Origin: Prorocentrum cordatum
Lineage: Eukaryota
NCBI GenBank assembly: GCA_963575745.1
Contig: CAUYUJ010000003.1
Location: 806,001 to 870,000, forward strand
Length of the DNA: 64,000 nt
Direction of reading: 5' to 3'
The translations under genes and the position numbers were made by a program. Shown one piece after another: positions 26,420 through 39,726 of the stretch (its first letter is position 1; the number at the start of each line of letters is the position of its first letter). The notes under the pieces are model-generated. The model did no database searches. It was not told the DNA's origin and worked only from the letters and a program-made list of their open reading frames with translations.

Positions 26420-27420
26420 ATTTGGAATGAGGACTTCAAGCAAACGAGGAGGCCCCTCCCGGGGTCCAGACGCACCAGCGTTTCGAGCGGCGTCCAACCG
26501 TGGCGAGGACGGGGGCATCCGACAGCTTCCAAGCTTCGGACCTCGAACAGGCGAGGAGGCCCATCCAGGGGTCCAAAAGCACGAGGCTTTCGAGCCGCGC
26601 CCACCCGTGGCGACGAGGGAGACCGCCCGAAGCTAAGATGCGCCGTGCCTCGAAAAAGCGAGATGACCCCTCCCGGGGCCGAGAGGCACAAGTCTTTCGA
26701 GCCACGTCCTGGCGCGGCGTTGAGGGGAACCCCCGAACGCATAGAAGCGTCGTACTTTGAATAGCCGACGAGACCCCTCCCGCGGTCCAAACGCACCAGC
26801 CACGTTCAGCCGTGGCGAGGCCAGGGGACTCCGAAGCCAGAAACTCACACCTGTAACAAGCGAGGAGATGTCTCCCAAGGTCCAAACGCACCAATCTGTC
26901 GACCCGCGTCAAACCATGGCGACGGGAAAGGCCCCCGAAGGCGAAGAAACTGCAAACCTCGAACAGGTGAGGAGACACTTCTCGGGGTCCAGACGCATCT
27001 ACCTGGTGCGTCCACGGGCCCTTTCCTCGAGAAGAGAAGAGAATCACACCCTGTCGCCCCCCCCTTCCCCGCTCCGAGGAGAAAGAAGAGTCGAGGGAGC
27101 GTGGGGGAGGAGGAGGTGCACCCTCTGGCCACCCCCCTCTCCCCGCCCCTGTCTCCCTGGCACCCTGGCACGGGAGAGGAACAGCACCCCCCCCCCCCCA
27201 GCCCCCCCACCCCGCACACGAAAGGGAAACTCCGAAGCCCAAGAAACACTCACACCTGGAACATGCGAGGAGACGTCTCCCAGGGTCCAGACGCACCAAT
27301 CCGTCGAGCCGCGCCCAGCCGTGGCGACGAGGAGAGTCCCCGATTGCGAAAAGGCTGCAAACCTCGAGCAGGCGAGAAGACACCTCCCCGGGTTCATACG
27401 CATCCACCGTAGACACGCGA
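26420..27420. repeat. Degenerate tandem repeat of about 100-140 bp (ACCTCGAACAGGCGAGGAGA...GGGTCCAGACGCACCA...CCGTGGCGA)
   Basis: Motifs recur at about 26460, 26540, 26780, 26870, 26955, 27280 and 27360. Confidence 0.7.
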
Positions 27421-27473
27421 ACGCAATTTGACAAGCCTCCCTCTCTTCATCCGTCTCTTCCTGCTCCACCTCG

Positions 27474-27513
<40 letters not shown>

Positions 27514-27619
27514 GGTCGTGGTGGTGGTGGTCGTCGTCGTCGTCCGCGTCCCCCATCTGCTCCTCCTGCTCCTCTTTTACTTGATGGGTCCACGGGTCCG
27601 TTTGTTGCCACGGAGGACC

Positions 27620-28190
27620 CCCCCCCCAGAAGAGGAGAGAAACACACCCTGTCGCCAACCCCTTTCCCGCGCCGAGGAGAGAGGAGAGGCGGGGAAGGAA
27701 GGAGAGGATGCACCACCTAGCCCCCCCCCCGCTTCGTGCACACAGGAAGAGAAGAGGGAGGTTTGCTTTCCCCTTTCCCATGCCGGAAAAAAGAAAAGGG
27801 AGGGGAGGGGAGAAAGGGGGGAAGGGCACCCCCTTCACCCCCTCCACCTTTCGTGTGCGGGGGAAGGGGGGGGGCTCCCGTGCCGGGGAAGAGAGGAGAG
27901 AGGGAGGGAGAAGGAGAGGAGGGAGAAGAAACCCCCTTACACCCCCCTCTCCTTTCGCGTGCGACGGAGGAGGGGGGGCTCTTCCTTTCCCGTGCCGGGA
28001 AGAAAGGAGAGGGATGGAGGGAGGGCGAGGGGGCGTGCACCTCCTTGGCCCTCCCCCCCCTTTCGTGTGCAAAGGGAAAGGGGGTACTCCCCCTTGCCCG
28101 TGCCGGGAAAAGAAGAGAGGGTAGAGGGGGGGGGAGGGGGGGGGGTGCACCCTTTTGCCCGCCCCAGGGGGTTCCCCCTTTTCGGCCCCC
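27620..28190. repeat. Purine/pyrimidine-block tandem repeat (TTTCCCGTGCCGGGAAGA...)
   Basis: Units of about 100-120 bp. Confidence 0.7.
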
Positions 28191-28589
28191 CAGCATGTTG
28201 TGCCGTGGGTAACGTTCCGTCATATGTCTCGACCCATTTCCCGTGTCCAGTTGTTCATCTTGATTTGGTTGTTTGACGACCCCGAAGTCTGGTAAGGGCC
28301 CCCCAAAGCTGAAAATAGCGAAGAACATCGCGTCGTGACGTTTTCATGACTCGAAGGGGTCTGTGTATCACCCCCAATCGCGCAAAGCCCGAGGGTGTCC
28401 CTGGTTCCCATGTCCGTGCTGGGTGGAAGCATACCGTTGATTCCTGCGCGCGGCCAGGTCTCCGGGAGTCCTGGTTTTACCGGCGTCGGGTTCTCAGACC
28501 CCCACAGGAGTGCAGAGAGTATGGGGAGCAGAGAGAATGCAAAGAAAGAACAAGGTGCACCAGCTAGGAAAAAACCCAAGAACTGACAT

Positions 28590-29770
28590 TCCGAGCCCTC
28601 CCCCCATTGAGGACCCCCGAGGCCGCCAACAGGCGCCCAAAAAGACCCGAAGCGGCCCCCAATAGGCCCGAAAGAAGCCCCCAGAGAAAGGCTCGCTTGT
28701 GGACATGGAAGTGGCGTGCTGAGCGGCAGCGTTCTCCGCGGATGCTGTAGTGCAGTGGATCCAATGTGTCCAATGCTTTCATAATTCCCACACGCTGCAC
28801 CGTGTTACATTATTATGTCTCCCCCCTAACCCCCCCGTGGGAGCTGCGCCACAGGAACGGACAAAAGTGCCCCCTCCCCCTCCCGGGGCTCAAAAACTTA
28901 CCAACACCTATAGAAAATCTATGATTTCGACCTCTTGGGCCTCTTGGGGGGCCAAGTGGGCGCCAAGACGGGTCAAAATGGGCTTTGTGCGGGCCAAGAC
29001 GGCCCCGACACGGTCCAAAACTGCCCCAAGAGGGCCCAAAAAGCCCCAATGACGGCTCAAGAGGGCCCCAAGAGTGCCCACAACTGCGCCTTCAAAAGCC
29101 AAGACCATTGATTCCCCATTGGTTTGGTAATATTTTAGCGTTCTCGCCTTTGCGGCCCAAGCAGCTCCCCAAATCGCTCCAGAACAACCCAAGAAGCCCC
29201 CAAGAGGGCCCAAATACGGCCCAACAAAACCCCAAGACGGCCCAAGGAGGCCCCCAAGACGGTCCATGAGGCCCCTATGACGGCCCAAGAGGACCCCAAG
29301 ACGGCCCCAAGGCGGCCGCGAGAGGCCCCCAAGACGGCCTCCGAAGGGGCGAAACGGCGCAAAAGCGCCCCAATACGGCCAATGACGCCCCCAAGAGGCC
29401 CCAAGAGGCCCCCAAGGGGCCCCTAAGGGGCCCCCAAGGGGCCCCTAAGGGGCCCCCAAGGGGCCCCAAAAAGCCCCCAAGAGGCCTCCAAGATGTCTTC
29501 AAGAAGCCTCCCGAAGGCTCCAAAGAAGCCCCCCAAAGGCCACACAGCGACTGGAGTGCAATGCCATTTTTCCAACCTGGGCGAACTGCGGCGCAGCGCC
29601 AGCCAGGTGGAAGTTGGTCACAGCGGCGCCCATGATTAGAGCCGGCGCTGGAAGGAAATATGGGGAGGGAGCATGAAAAGGAGGGAGGGGGGAGAGGCCC
29701 CAAAGAAGTCCCCAAGAGGCCCAAGGAAGCTCCCAGGAGGCCTCCAGGAGGCCCCCAAGAGGCCGTCAAG
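28590..29770 (+). repeat. GGCCCAAGA-rich dispersed repeat or non-autonomous element
   Basis: Same family as 16550-17060. A unique island at 28700-28810 may be an exon (RVGIMKALDTLDPLHYSIR, minus strand). Confidence 0.75.
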
Positions 29771-29969
29771 AAGCTCCGCGACGACGTGACTGTACGTGCT
29801 CCGGACGTGCACCCCGCGAAGCGAGAGGAATACAAGAACAGACGCGCAGGCGCAGAACAGCGCAAGCGTGGAGAGATCATAGACAGCCTAAAACGAATAA
29901 GCTTCACGAGTCATACCATGCAGAGGGTGCTGGGCGGATGCGTGGGCGCATGGCGCAGCGAGTGTAGAC

Positions 29970-32900
29970 TGCGCGTGTAAAGCGTTGAGGATGTCGACTG
30001 CGCACAGGATGCATCGAGCGTCGAGCGTTCAGAATTTAGAACCAACACAGGACGCGTAAAGCATCCACGGGGCAGAGAACGTGGACAGCAAAGAGGCAAA
30101 GAGAAGCAGGTATTATATAAAGAGAAGCAAAGACAGACAGAGATAGAGAGAGAGAGAGAGAGACAGAGAGATAAACTAGAGCACGGGGGACACAAACAGC
30201 AGAGAGGGCGCAGGGCGCACAGCACATTACCCGAATATTGCAAAACGCATGGTGCCCGAAGCTCAGGAACATGGAAGACAACCAAGGGCTGCATCGAATC
30301 AAGGGACATAATCAAATCGGGAACCGATTCGAGTCGGCATGTGTCGGGTGGGCGTCGGAACACCCAGGCGCTGGACCGAATCGAATCGGAATCGATGTTG
30401 CACCAGTTGGAGTTAGGGCACCCAGGCCGAGTCGGCATCGAACCTGAAGGAAAACCAAGATGCACTTAGGAACCCATGCCAACCAACCAAGTGGAAGACG
30501 CAGAGGAGACAACTGCATCATTCCCGCACCACCACCTGCCCGCCGAAGCGGCACGACCCCGGGCACCCCATGCAAGGCACCCCGCAGACACGCCGCGCCC
30601 CCATGAACCCCCGCATCTCAGACAGCAAGACGAACCAGAGAAGGCCACGAGGCCGAGAGCTGAGAAAGACACCGAGAGCCTCGTGCTTCGGCCTGCCCTA
30701 TCACCAGTCGTGGGCGGAAGGAACCTGCACTGAGCTCGAAAGCCCGCGCGGGCACTCTGGGACCCGCCGGGCCACGTGTGGAGGGGCCCCGCGGCAGGCC
30801 CGAGATTGGCGCGCGTCCCCCGCTGGCTCGGCCAGCGCGGCACCGAGGGGGCCACGCGCCAATCCGCCGGCGGCGAAGCTGGCCCTTTTGTCTACGGCGG
30901 CGCAGATCTCGGGCCGCCCACTCGCCTTCAGGCGCCATTCGCAGCTGGGCAGTGCGGCATTGCTTCCCGGGGATCTTGCAACACCGCCGCCCAGCCAGGG
31001 AGCTGGCGTTCCTCGAGGCGGCCCCAGTCGCTCGGCAGCGCCACGGCCTTGGAGTCCCTGCTGGCGTCGCTCGGGAGCCGGTCCAGCAAGTCCTCGAGGC
31101 GCGCGCGGATGAAGAGGGCAGACTGGCTCGTCACCCGCGAAAAGTGGGCGCAGTAGGCCGCGCGCCTCAGCAGCCCCCAGACGACGAAAACCAGAACGGT
31201 CACCCCCGCGCTCGGCGATCTACGGATAAACGATACCCCTGCTCAAGCCCCACACCCACGTGCGGGGCACAGATCGAAATCTAGCTCGGGAGGCCGAGTC
31301 TGCAAGATCCGCGCCCTACCCTCGTGGCCTCCTACGTGAGAGGCAGCGGCGCGGGGAGTGCAGAGAACGTCGACCGCCGACGTCCTTGAGCTCGCATGCC
31401 AGAAAGAGCTCGTCTCCCAGGGGCCCAGCCGACGGCGTCAAGTTCTCTTGAATCGGCCCAGAAGTACAGCCGACACCTCGTCCACGGCGCGCGGCGCCAA
31501 GCCGCGTAGATAGAGTTTCAAAGTCGGCTCAAAGTGCGGCTGATACGCTTCAGCGGCGTCAACCAGCCCCATGCCGACGCTGCCCTTGCCGAACTGTCGC
31601 CACTGCGTGCGAAACTCGCGCGGGGCCGTCGCCAGGAGATCATGAAGCCGCGCCCGCTTGTTGACCTTCCCTGGCGCAGAATGGACAGGAACGAACGGAA
31701 AGGTGGCGTGTTTGTCAAGGATGTGTTCTGTTCAGGCCTTCACGGCAGCCGGGGTGAACTCGGGGCGCGGACAACCCCGCGCGGCGTCCCATTCCGCGGA
31801 AAGAATCCAGCGCTACGGTGGGAGCGGCACGATCCTTATGCGGACAATATCCCGGTGACTTACCCATGACCTGTTTCAGAGCCAGGCGGCCGCGGTAAAA
31901 CCGTGACAGGATGCACTCGAACATACCGCCTACCCACCTCCCTGGCGGCCGAACAAAACAAGTATCCAGCCGATAGCTGATGATCCGCCAATTCGATCTA
32001 GATCGGAATCAGACAAGCGTACCTGTCTGCCAAAAGATCTGGCCAGCACCAGTCACGTTCTGAGCAACTTGGAAAACGATGCAATTCCTTGAATAGCGGG
32101 CGATTTCTCTCTGATATCTCGTGGGGGGGAAACAAGGCAGCAGCGAAACACTTTCCAATCTACAGGCGCATGGAAGCTTGGCATGCTAGGCACATTTTGA
32201 ACATATCAGATTGGCCGAGAGGAGGGACACGCAGATGTATCCAGGCGCGCCGGGAGAAAACATGCAGCACGCAGGCCATTTCTGCCACAGCTGACCTCTG
32301 ATTACCCTGGCCCAAACATCCACATGAATCGCAGTCCGCTCACTACATCGCCCATCTTCTGACAGCGCGTCACGCGATGAGCGACACGCTGTTGTCTTCG
32401 CGCCCTCCCGAGGCCACTTCTCTGGCCCAGGCCGCGCGAAGCGCGGTTACCATCTCGCCCCAGAAGCGGGACCTAGGCTGCACTCGGGGACGCACTGACC
32501 CGGGTCAATGCAAGCCCGTGTCAGTCAGGCCTTGCAAGATCCTGCAGGATCCTGCACCCAAGCCCGGGTCAATGCAACCCTGGCTCCGCAGGATCCTGCA
32601 ATATCCAGCGCTCTGACTGACACTGGATTGCATTGACCCCTGTTTCTTGAGCCCCGATTCACACCATCACGCAGCGTCGAGCCACCTTGCTCGAAAGCTG
32701 CTCCAGGTTGAGCTTGTGCCTCATCGGGACGTCGAAGTCGTCTGCCTCGACAAACCCCGAGGGGCGGGGCCCTTCATTTTCTGGGCTCTGGCCTGTCTCG
32801 GGCTCATCTTGAGATAGCTCGGAGGCAGGTCAAGCATGTCGTGTGAGCGACAAAAACAAACGGGTCTACGCGAGATGGCATAGCCACCTTACGCGGCGGC

Positions 32901-35900
32901 TTACACGGGCCGCCCGCGCGGCACGCCACATTGGAGACGCGGGCGCTTACGCGACACCTTACGCGGGCAGCATACGCGCCAACGTCGGCGCAGACGACCC
33001 CGATGGTTTGCGTCGCCCATGCGCACGCATGTATGGACGTGGTATGCTTCCTACGTAGATAAACGTTCAACAGGTGACCCTCTAGACTAATCTACTTTCC
33101 CGTGGCCCTCTACTGAATTCCCTCTACGACTCCAAGCACATGCAGGAAGAGGAGGATAAGGATGACTAGCCATGGTTCCAGCCCTCCTCAAGTTTGACAT
33201 GTGAATCGTAGTCCAGAGCTTCTCCTCCCCTGATGCCCAAGTCACACACGCATCAGTATCCGAGCCCTGCCCTCGGGTGGGGGGCCAAGGTGTCCTCCGC
33301 CATGGGTACAACACTGACCAAATTCGGCAGGAGCTAGTGCAACAAAGAACTGCACACCGATACGGCAGCTCGTGTCGTGCCGACTTCGGCGCTGGCTTCT
33401 GACACCGCGGGGACCGCTCAACCTTGAACGATCGGCCGTCCCCAACTGACAATCAACATTGGGGAAACGGGTCCTGAGGGAAACGGGTCCTGAACCCCAG
33501 GGCCTTCCAACAGCACGAGCTTTTCATCCCGAGTCGTTTTCTGACAGTCCCAGGGCCCGTGGAGGGCCCAGAGAGCCCGAAAACAGCGAAACAACCTCAG
33601 GACCAGTTTCCCTCAGGACCCGTTGCCCCCACGGCGAGCAACATCCTGGGCGTCGTTGAACGAGGGGGCGATACACGGGGGGGGGGGGGAGAAAAGTGCA
33701 TTTGTCGGGCCCTCGAGGCCCCCGCTTTGGCCCTTAAGGGCCCCCTAAGGGCCCCAGAAGGCCCTTTTTCTGCAGTCTTCGCTGCCCTCCCGTGCATCGC
33801 CCCCCATTGCACGCGACGCCCAAGCTTCGACCGATTCTGGGTCGCCGGTCGGCTGGTGGGTAACTCCCAAAACCGGGGCAACGGAGGGCCGAAAGGGGGG
33901 GGACTCGGCCCCACGTGGCTCCCAAACACGTTGTGGCGGCTCATGGGAGCCTCCAGCGCCATCTTGTTAGCTCTCGCGAGCCGACGCTGGTCGACTATCA
34001 TCGACGCTGAATCGACGCTCAACCGATTTTGGATCGGACCTTATTCATCAACTACCCAACGCTTACCGGCGCTATTGCAGTCGAAGGGCGGAATTGATTT
34101 CAACAAACGAGTTGACATATCCCATGCTCTTGCAAACATCCCACCCACCCACCTACCCGCAATTTGGTTTGCAAAACCAATGCGGTGGCGATTGCGATGC
34201 ATGCTTGGCGTTGGCTGGTGCATCTCTGCGGCCGCGCCATCCCCAGCACGCGCGCGCAGCGGCCAGCTAGTTTGGTGCCACCGACGCGGCCGCGGTGGCG
34301 CTGACCGCTGGGCGCATGCCAGCGGGCACTTCACTGCGAATCGGCGACTTGGGCGGGAGCGGTATCATGGCAACACCGACAACGGTAGACACGATGATGA
34401 TAGTGGCGATGCTGTTGACGATGTTCGCACCGACGAGGCGCGGCCAGTGCGGGCGCCGATGCTGATCACACCGACGACGATGACGGCGTCTTCGCGTCGG
34501 TGACGAAGGTTTTGGAAAGAGTTCGACATGCGCGCGTGGCCGACTCGCGAGAGTGGCCCGCATTATTTGGCACGGATCGTCCCCCCCCCCAGCACGCGCG
34601 CCATGGCGTGCGCATGATGTCGGCATGCGGCGCCAGAGGCCCGTTTGGCAGAATCCATTGAACATGTTGAGAAGCCGATGGCTTTCTTAAGGATTCGCAA
34701 GATCGCGAACGCACGCTTTTTTGAAAACTGATGTTGTGAAGCCAGTTGTTTTCAGATGGTATTTAAACACTCGGTTTTGACATCGCTTCGAAACTGAATG
34801 TACTTATTGCGGGAGTTCGGCATGCGCGCGCGACGACGCGCGCGTGTGCATTTCGTCCTATTGTCTGCAAAGGGTTCTCGCGACACGCGCGCAAGGGCGC
34901 TCGAACGATTTCGACATGCGCGCGGGCGAAGCCCGTTTGGTATAATGTTCTGAACATGTTGAAAAACCGATGACTGTCGTAAGAATTCGGACGAGCGCGC
35001 GCACGTTTTTTTTTGAACACCCGTGTTGCGAAATCATGTGTTGTTGTATGTGTTTCGTACACTCGATTTTGAATTCCTTCCGAAACCGAAGGTTTTGAAG
35101 GACGGCACGCGCGCGCGACGACGCGCGCGTGTGCACTTCGCCTCATTTGTTGCAAGGGGTTCATGAATACGGATGATTTGTGGTAAACGAGTGTGCGCAC
35201 AATGTTTGTTGCAAAGGACGGCTGGGGGAGTCGGTACCGGCTGGGCTGGGATGTACGAATTCACATTTAGGATGGACGATGGGGCAGAATCATATGTAAA
35301 TTTCGGCACGAAGAAATACACCATTAAGCCCAGGGGGGATCCAAATTCTTTGTTTGAAAGAATAAATAAAAAGGGTACACATGACTACCCACCAAGCCGT
35401 CCCAACACAACCAATATTCTTGGCTCTGGCGAACCGACGCTGATCGATTACCGTCGACCATGAATCGACGCTGATCGACGTCGACCGATTCTGGGTCCCA
35501 TTTACCCACGGCGATCAACTGCGAGGCTGGGATTTATCCATATCCACCACCTGGGAACCGACGCCCCGGTGCCCCAGCGGGCGGTGGATATGTATACATT
35601 TTGCCCCTCGCAAGCTGGAATATATCTATACAGATGTTGATATATGTATACACATACACGGTCAGCCCCCCCCCCCAGCACCCATTCTACGCCTTCCTCC
35701 TACGCCTTCCTCCTTTTCCACGAAGCTGGAGTCGTGCCGTTCCCCTCATGTTTCCCTTCCCTCTCTGATCCTCTTCTTCGTCGCTGTTCCCCCGCATCTG
35801 CCAGCAGCACATTTTCAACAAGCGCCAACGTGACAGATGCAAGCGTCTGCTTCCTCTACATAGAGGGGAAACAAGCGCGTGAGCCATCCTATAGACGAGA

Positions 35901-38900
35901 AATCAGCAAACCGCGTAATGTCACCGGGACTCCTAGGATTTCGGGGATACAAATCCACGACACATCGGTTTTTCAGTTGGGTTCCTGGGATTCCTGGGAT
36001 TTCATACCCTGGAGCAAAGCCACCATTGGAATCCCCAGGAAGCTCAATGCTCAGAACCCTAGGAATCCCAACAAAATCATAAGGTTCGCGATGTCGGTGA
36101 TGCGAAAACCTTCTGATTGAATCTAGATTCCTGGGATTCCTGGGATGCAAATCCACGAAGCCCTGCGATTTGAATGGGATTCCTTGGGTTCCTGGGATTT
36201 TACACCCTGGAGCAAAACCAACCTTGGGACCCCCAGGAGGTTCGAGGCTCAGAATTCCCGGGCCCCCAATGAAATCGCAGTGTTCGCGACGACGGTGATA
36301 CGCAAACCTTATGAGTCCACTCGGATTCCTGTGATGATTCCTGGGATGCGAATCCACGAAACCATGTGATTTCACATGGATTCCTGTAGCCCTGGGATTT
36401 CATACTCTGGAGCAGAACCAACCTTGGGATCACCAGGATGTCCAAGGCTCAGAATCGGAGAGATCCAACTGAAATCATTAAGGTTCGCGAAGTCGGTGAT
36501 GCGCAAACCTTGCGATTTCACTGGGGTTCCTCTCATTTCTGGGACGCTAATCAATGAAACCTTACGATTTCATTTGGATTCCTGGGATTTCCAGCCACTG
36601 AAGCAAAACCAGCCTTGGGTTCCCCAGGAGGTCCAGGGCTCAGAATCCAAGGAATCCAAATGAAATCGCAGGGTTCGCGACGTCGGTGGTACGCAAACCC
36701 TACTGTTTAATTTGAATCCCTAGTATTCCTGGGATGCGAATCCACGAAACACTGCGATTTCATTGAGATTCCTGGGGTTTCGTACCCTGGAGCAAAACCA
36801 ACCTTGGGATCCCCAGGAACTCCAAGGCTCAGAATCCACGGAACTCCTATGAAATCGCAGGGTTCGCGACGCGGGTGATGCGCAAACCCTATGTGCTCAT
36901 TGGGATGCATTGGATTTCTTAGAGTTTCAGCCCTGACACTCAGTGACCCCACGGTTCGTACTTTGTTTTTTGCTCTGGGGCTGGAAATACCAGGAATCCG
37001 AGGAATCCACATGAAATAAAAGGTTCCGTTGATTTGCATCCCAGACATCCTAGGAATACAATTGAAATCAAAAAAGGTTTGCGCATCACCGACGTCGCGA
37101 ACCCTGTGATTTCATTCTGATTGCTGGCATTCTCAGGGTCTGGAAATCCGAGGAATCCCAGGAATCCAAATGAAATCAAAAGGATTTCGTTGGTTAGCAT
37201 CCCAGAATTACAAAGAGTCCAAATGAAATCACAAGGTTTGCGCATCACCGACGTCGCAAACACTGCGATTTCATTGGGACTCCTGGGATTCTGAGCCCTG
37301 GACCTCCTCGGGAGCCCAAGGTTGGCTTTGCTGCAAGGGCTGAAAATCAGAGCAATCCCATGAATCCCGCTGAAATCATAAGGTTTCGTGGATTTGCATT
37401 CCAGAAATCCCAAGGACCAAATGAAATCATCGGGGTTGCGCATCACCGGCGTCGCGAACCCGGTGATTTCACTGGGATTCCTGGAATTCTGAGCCCTGGA
37501 CCTCCTGGGGGTCCCAAGGTTGGTTTTGCTCCAGGGCCTGGAGATCCGAGGAATCCCAGGAATCCCAATGAAATCGCAGGGTATCGTTGACTAGCATCCC
37601 AGAAATGAAAGGAACCCCAGTGAGATCGCAAGGTTTGCGCACCACCGCCTTCGCGAACCTTGTGATTGCACTGGGATTCCTGGGATTCTGAACCCTGGAC
37701 CTCCTGGTGATCCCCAGGTCGGTTTTGCTCCAGGGTATGACATCCCAGGAAAACTTAGGAATCCCACTGAAATCGCAAGGTTTTGTGGATTCGCATCCCA
37801 GAAATGAAAGGAATCCAAATGAAATCATAAGGTTTGCGCATCACCGACGTCGCGAACCCTGTGACTTCACTGGGATTTCTGGTATTCTGAGCTCTGGACC
37901 TCCTGGGGATCCCAAAGTTGGTTTTACTCCAGGGGCTGGAAATCCCAGGAACCCCAGGAACCTCAAAACAATCACAGGGTTTCGTTGATTAGCATCCCAG
38001 AAATCAGAATAATCCCAATGAAATTACAGGGTTTGCGCATCACCGACGTCGCGAACCCTGGAAGAGGAGGAAGAGAGGAGGAGGAGGAGGAGGAGGAGGA
38101 GGAGGAGGAATAAGAGAAGGAGGAAGAGGAAGGAGGAGGAGGAGGAGGAAGGGGAGGAGGGGGGAGGAGAAGATTGACGAGAAGCAGGAGGAGGTAGACA
38201 GACAGGGGGCGAAGTGACAGAATGGACGAGCAGAGGGATAGTAAGAAGAGGTGGAGTTTTAGCTCAGGAGACGTTCGATAAGGAACCCAGCGTCTCGCCA
38301 CCAATCGGCGGCCTGTTGTGAGCTACATCGCCCACGTCGCCTCGCAACGAATGAATCCGCCGAGGTCTGGCCCTCCAGATGACGTTCTTTATTCAATGCC
38401 GCCGTCGTAGGGCGAGAACGGGATCGGACAGTAAAGAACACGCGAGTGCGAGCAGCGCGAATCGCAATGAAAATCAATGGGTGCTGTGGCGGGGGTGCGC
38501 ATACACACACTCTCTCTCTCACACACACACATATCTATATATGCATATATAGATATATGCATATATACAAGACTGCAGTGGCGCTTCGCGCCATACACCT
38601 TGGTCCTTGAAGATTGGTATGCCAGCGGAAGTGGCAGGAAGCTCAAGCGGACAACTTAGCGACAACTCCCTGCTGCCTTTCCTGGCATCGCCATTATAAT
38701 AATGCTGTTCGTTATCCTTCCTCCATGCTTGCTGTTCCTCCTTCTCGCCATACCCTGGGCATTCTCCTCATCCTCCTCAGCTCTTTTTGCGGAGGCTCCT
38801 CCTTGGAGAGCCTCGGGGGGCTTCACCAAAGTTCTCAAGCTTTCTTAGAGTCTTCTGGAGGCCTCCTGAGCGTGTTCTGGGGGCCTCTGGAGCTTCCTAC

Positions 38901-39664
38901 GGACAACCTGCCTCAAACCGCGGTCTTCCTGAACGCCCCAGTCACGATTTGGAATGCTTCGGAGGGTGTCTTAGGGCCATCTTGGGCCGCCATGGGGCTC
39001 TCTTAGGGCCATTTTGGACCCCTGTTGAGCCGTTTCGGGGTTCTCTTGGACTGCCTGGAAACCCTTTCGGATGGTTATGCGGCGATTTTGGAGCCTCCCA
39101 GGCGACTTCGGACGCCCAGAAGACCGCTATCTTAAAACATCAAAAACCGAAAAGAAAAGAACCCCAAATTCACCAAAAACCTACATTAAATCAATTATTT
39201 GTCCCTCTTGGGGCCTTCTTGGGGGGGCTCTTGAAAGCCTCTTGGTACGTTTTGGAGCGATCTTTCGGGGTATGACGGCTTCTTGGAGCGCTCTTGTGCT
39301 GTCTTTGGGTTCTCTGGGACGTCTCCGATGACCCCCCTGATCGCCCTAGGTGTGCTGCGAAGGCTTCGCATAACGCCCTGCGAGGCCCTGGGGGCCGCTT
39401 CGAGGCCCGTCCGAAGGGTCCCGAAGTCCCAAGTCCCGGGAGACCGGTTTTGGGGGGGGTGACGGGTTTTCCCTCCGCCCGGGCTTGCAAAAAAAAATAG
39501 GAAGAGGAATATGTAGATACCCGCCTGTGAAAGTGCGCGAAATTCGATCCCCTAGGCGGTGGTTACGGATAAATCTCCGCCTCGGATCAAGACCGACCAA
39601 TTCTGGGTCGCCAGCGGCGTTCAACCGGTTTGCGCGCCTCGGGCGCCGTGGTTGTCGTCGTCGT

Positions 39665-39726
<62 letters not shown>

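Noticed and set aside
18320..27420. Repeat arrays as CRISPR-like loci
   Set aside because: Units are degenerate tandem copies without unique constant-length spacers. No cas genes, and the context is eukaryotic.
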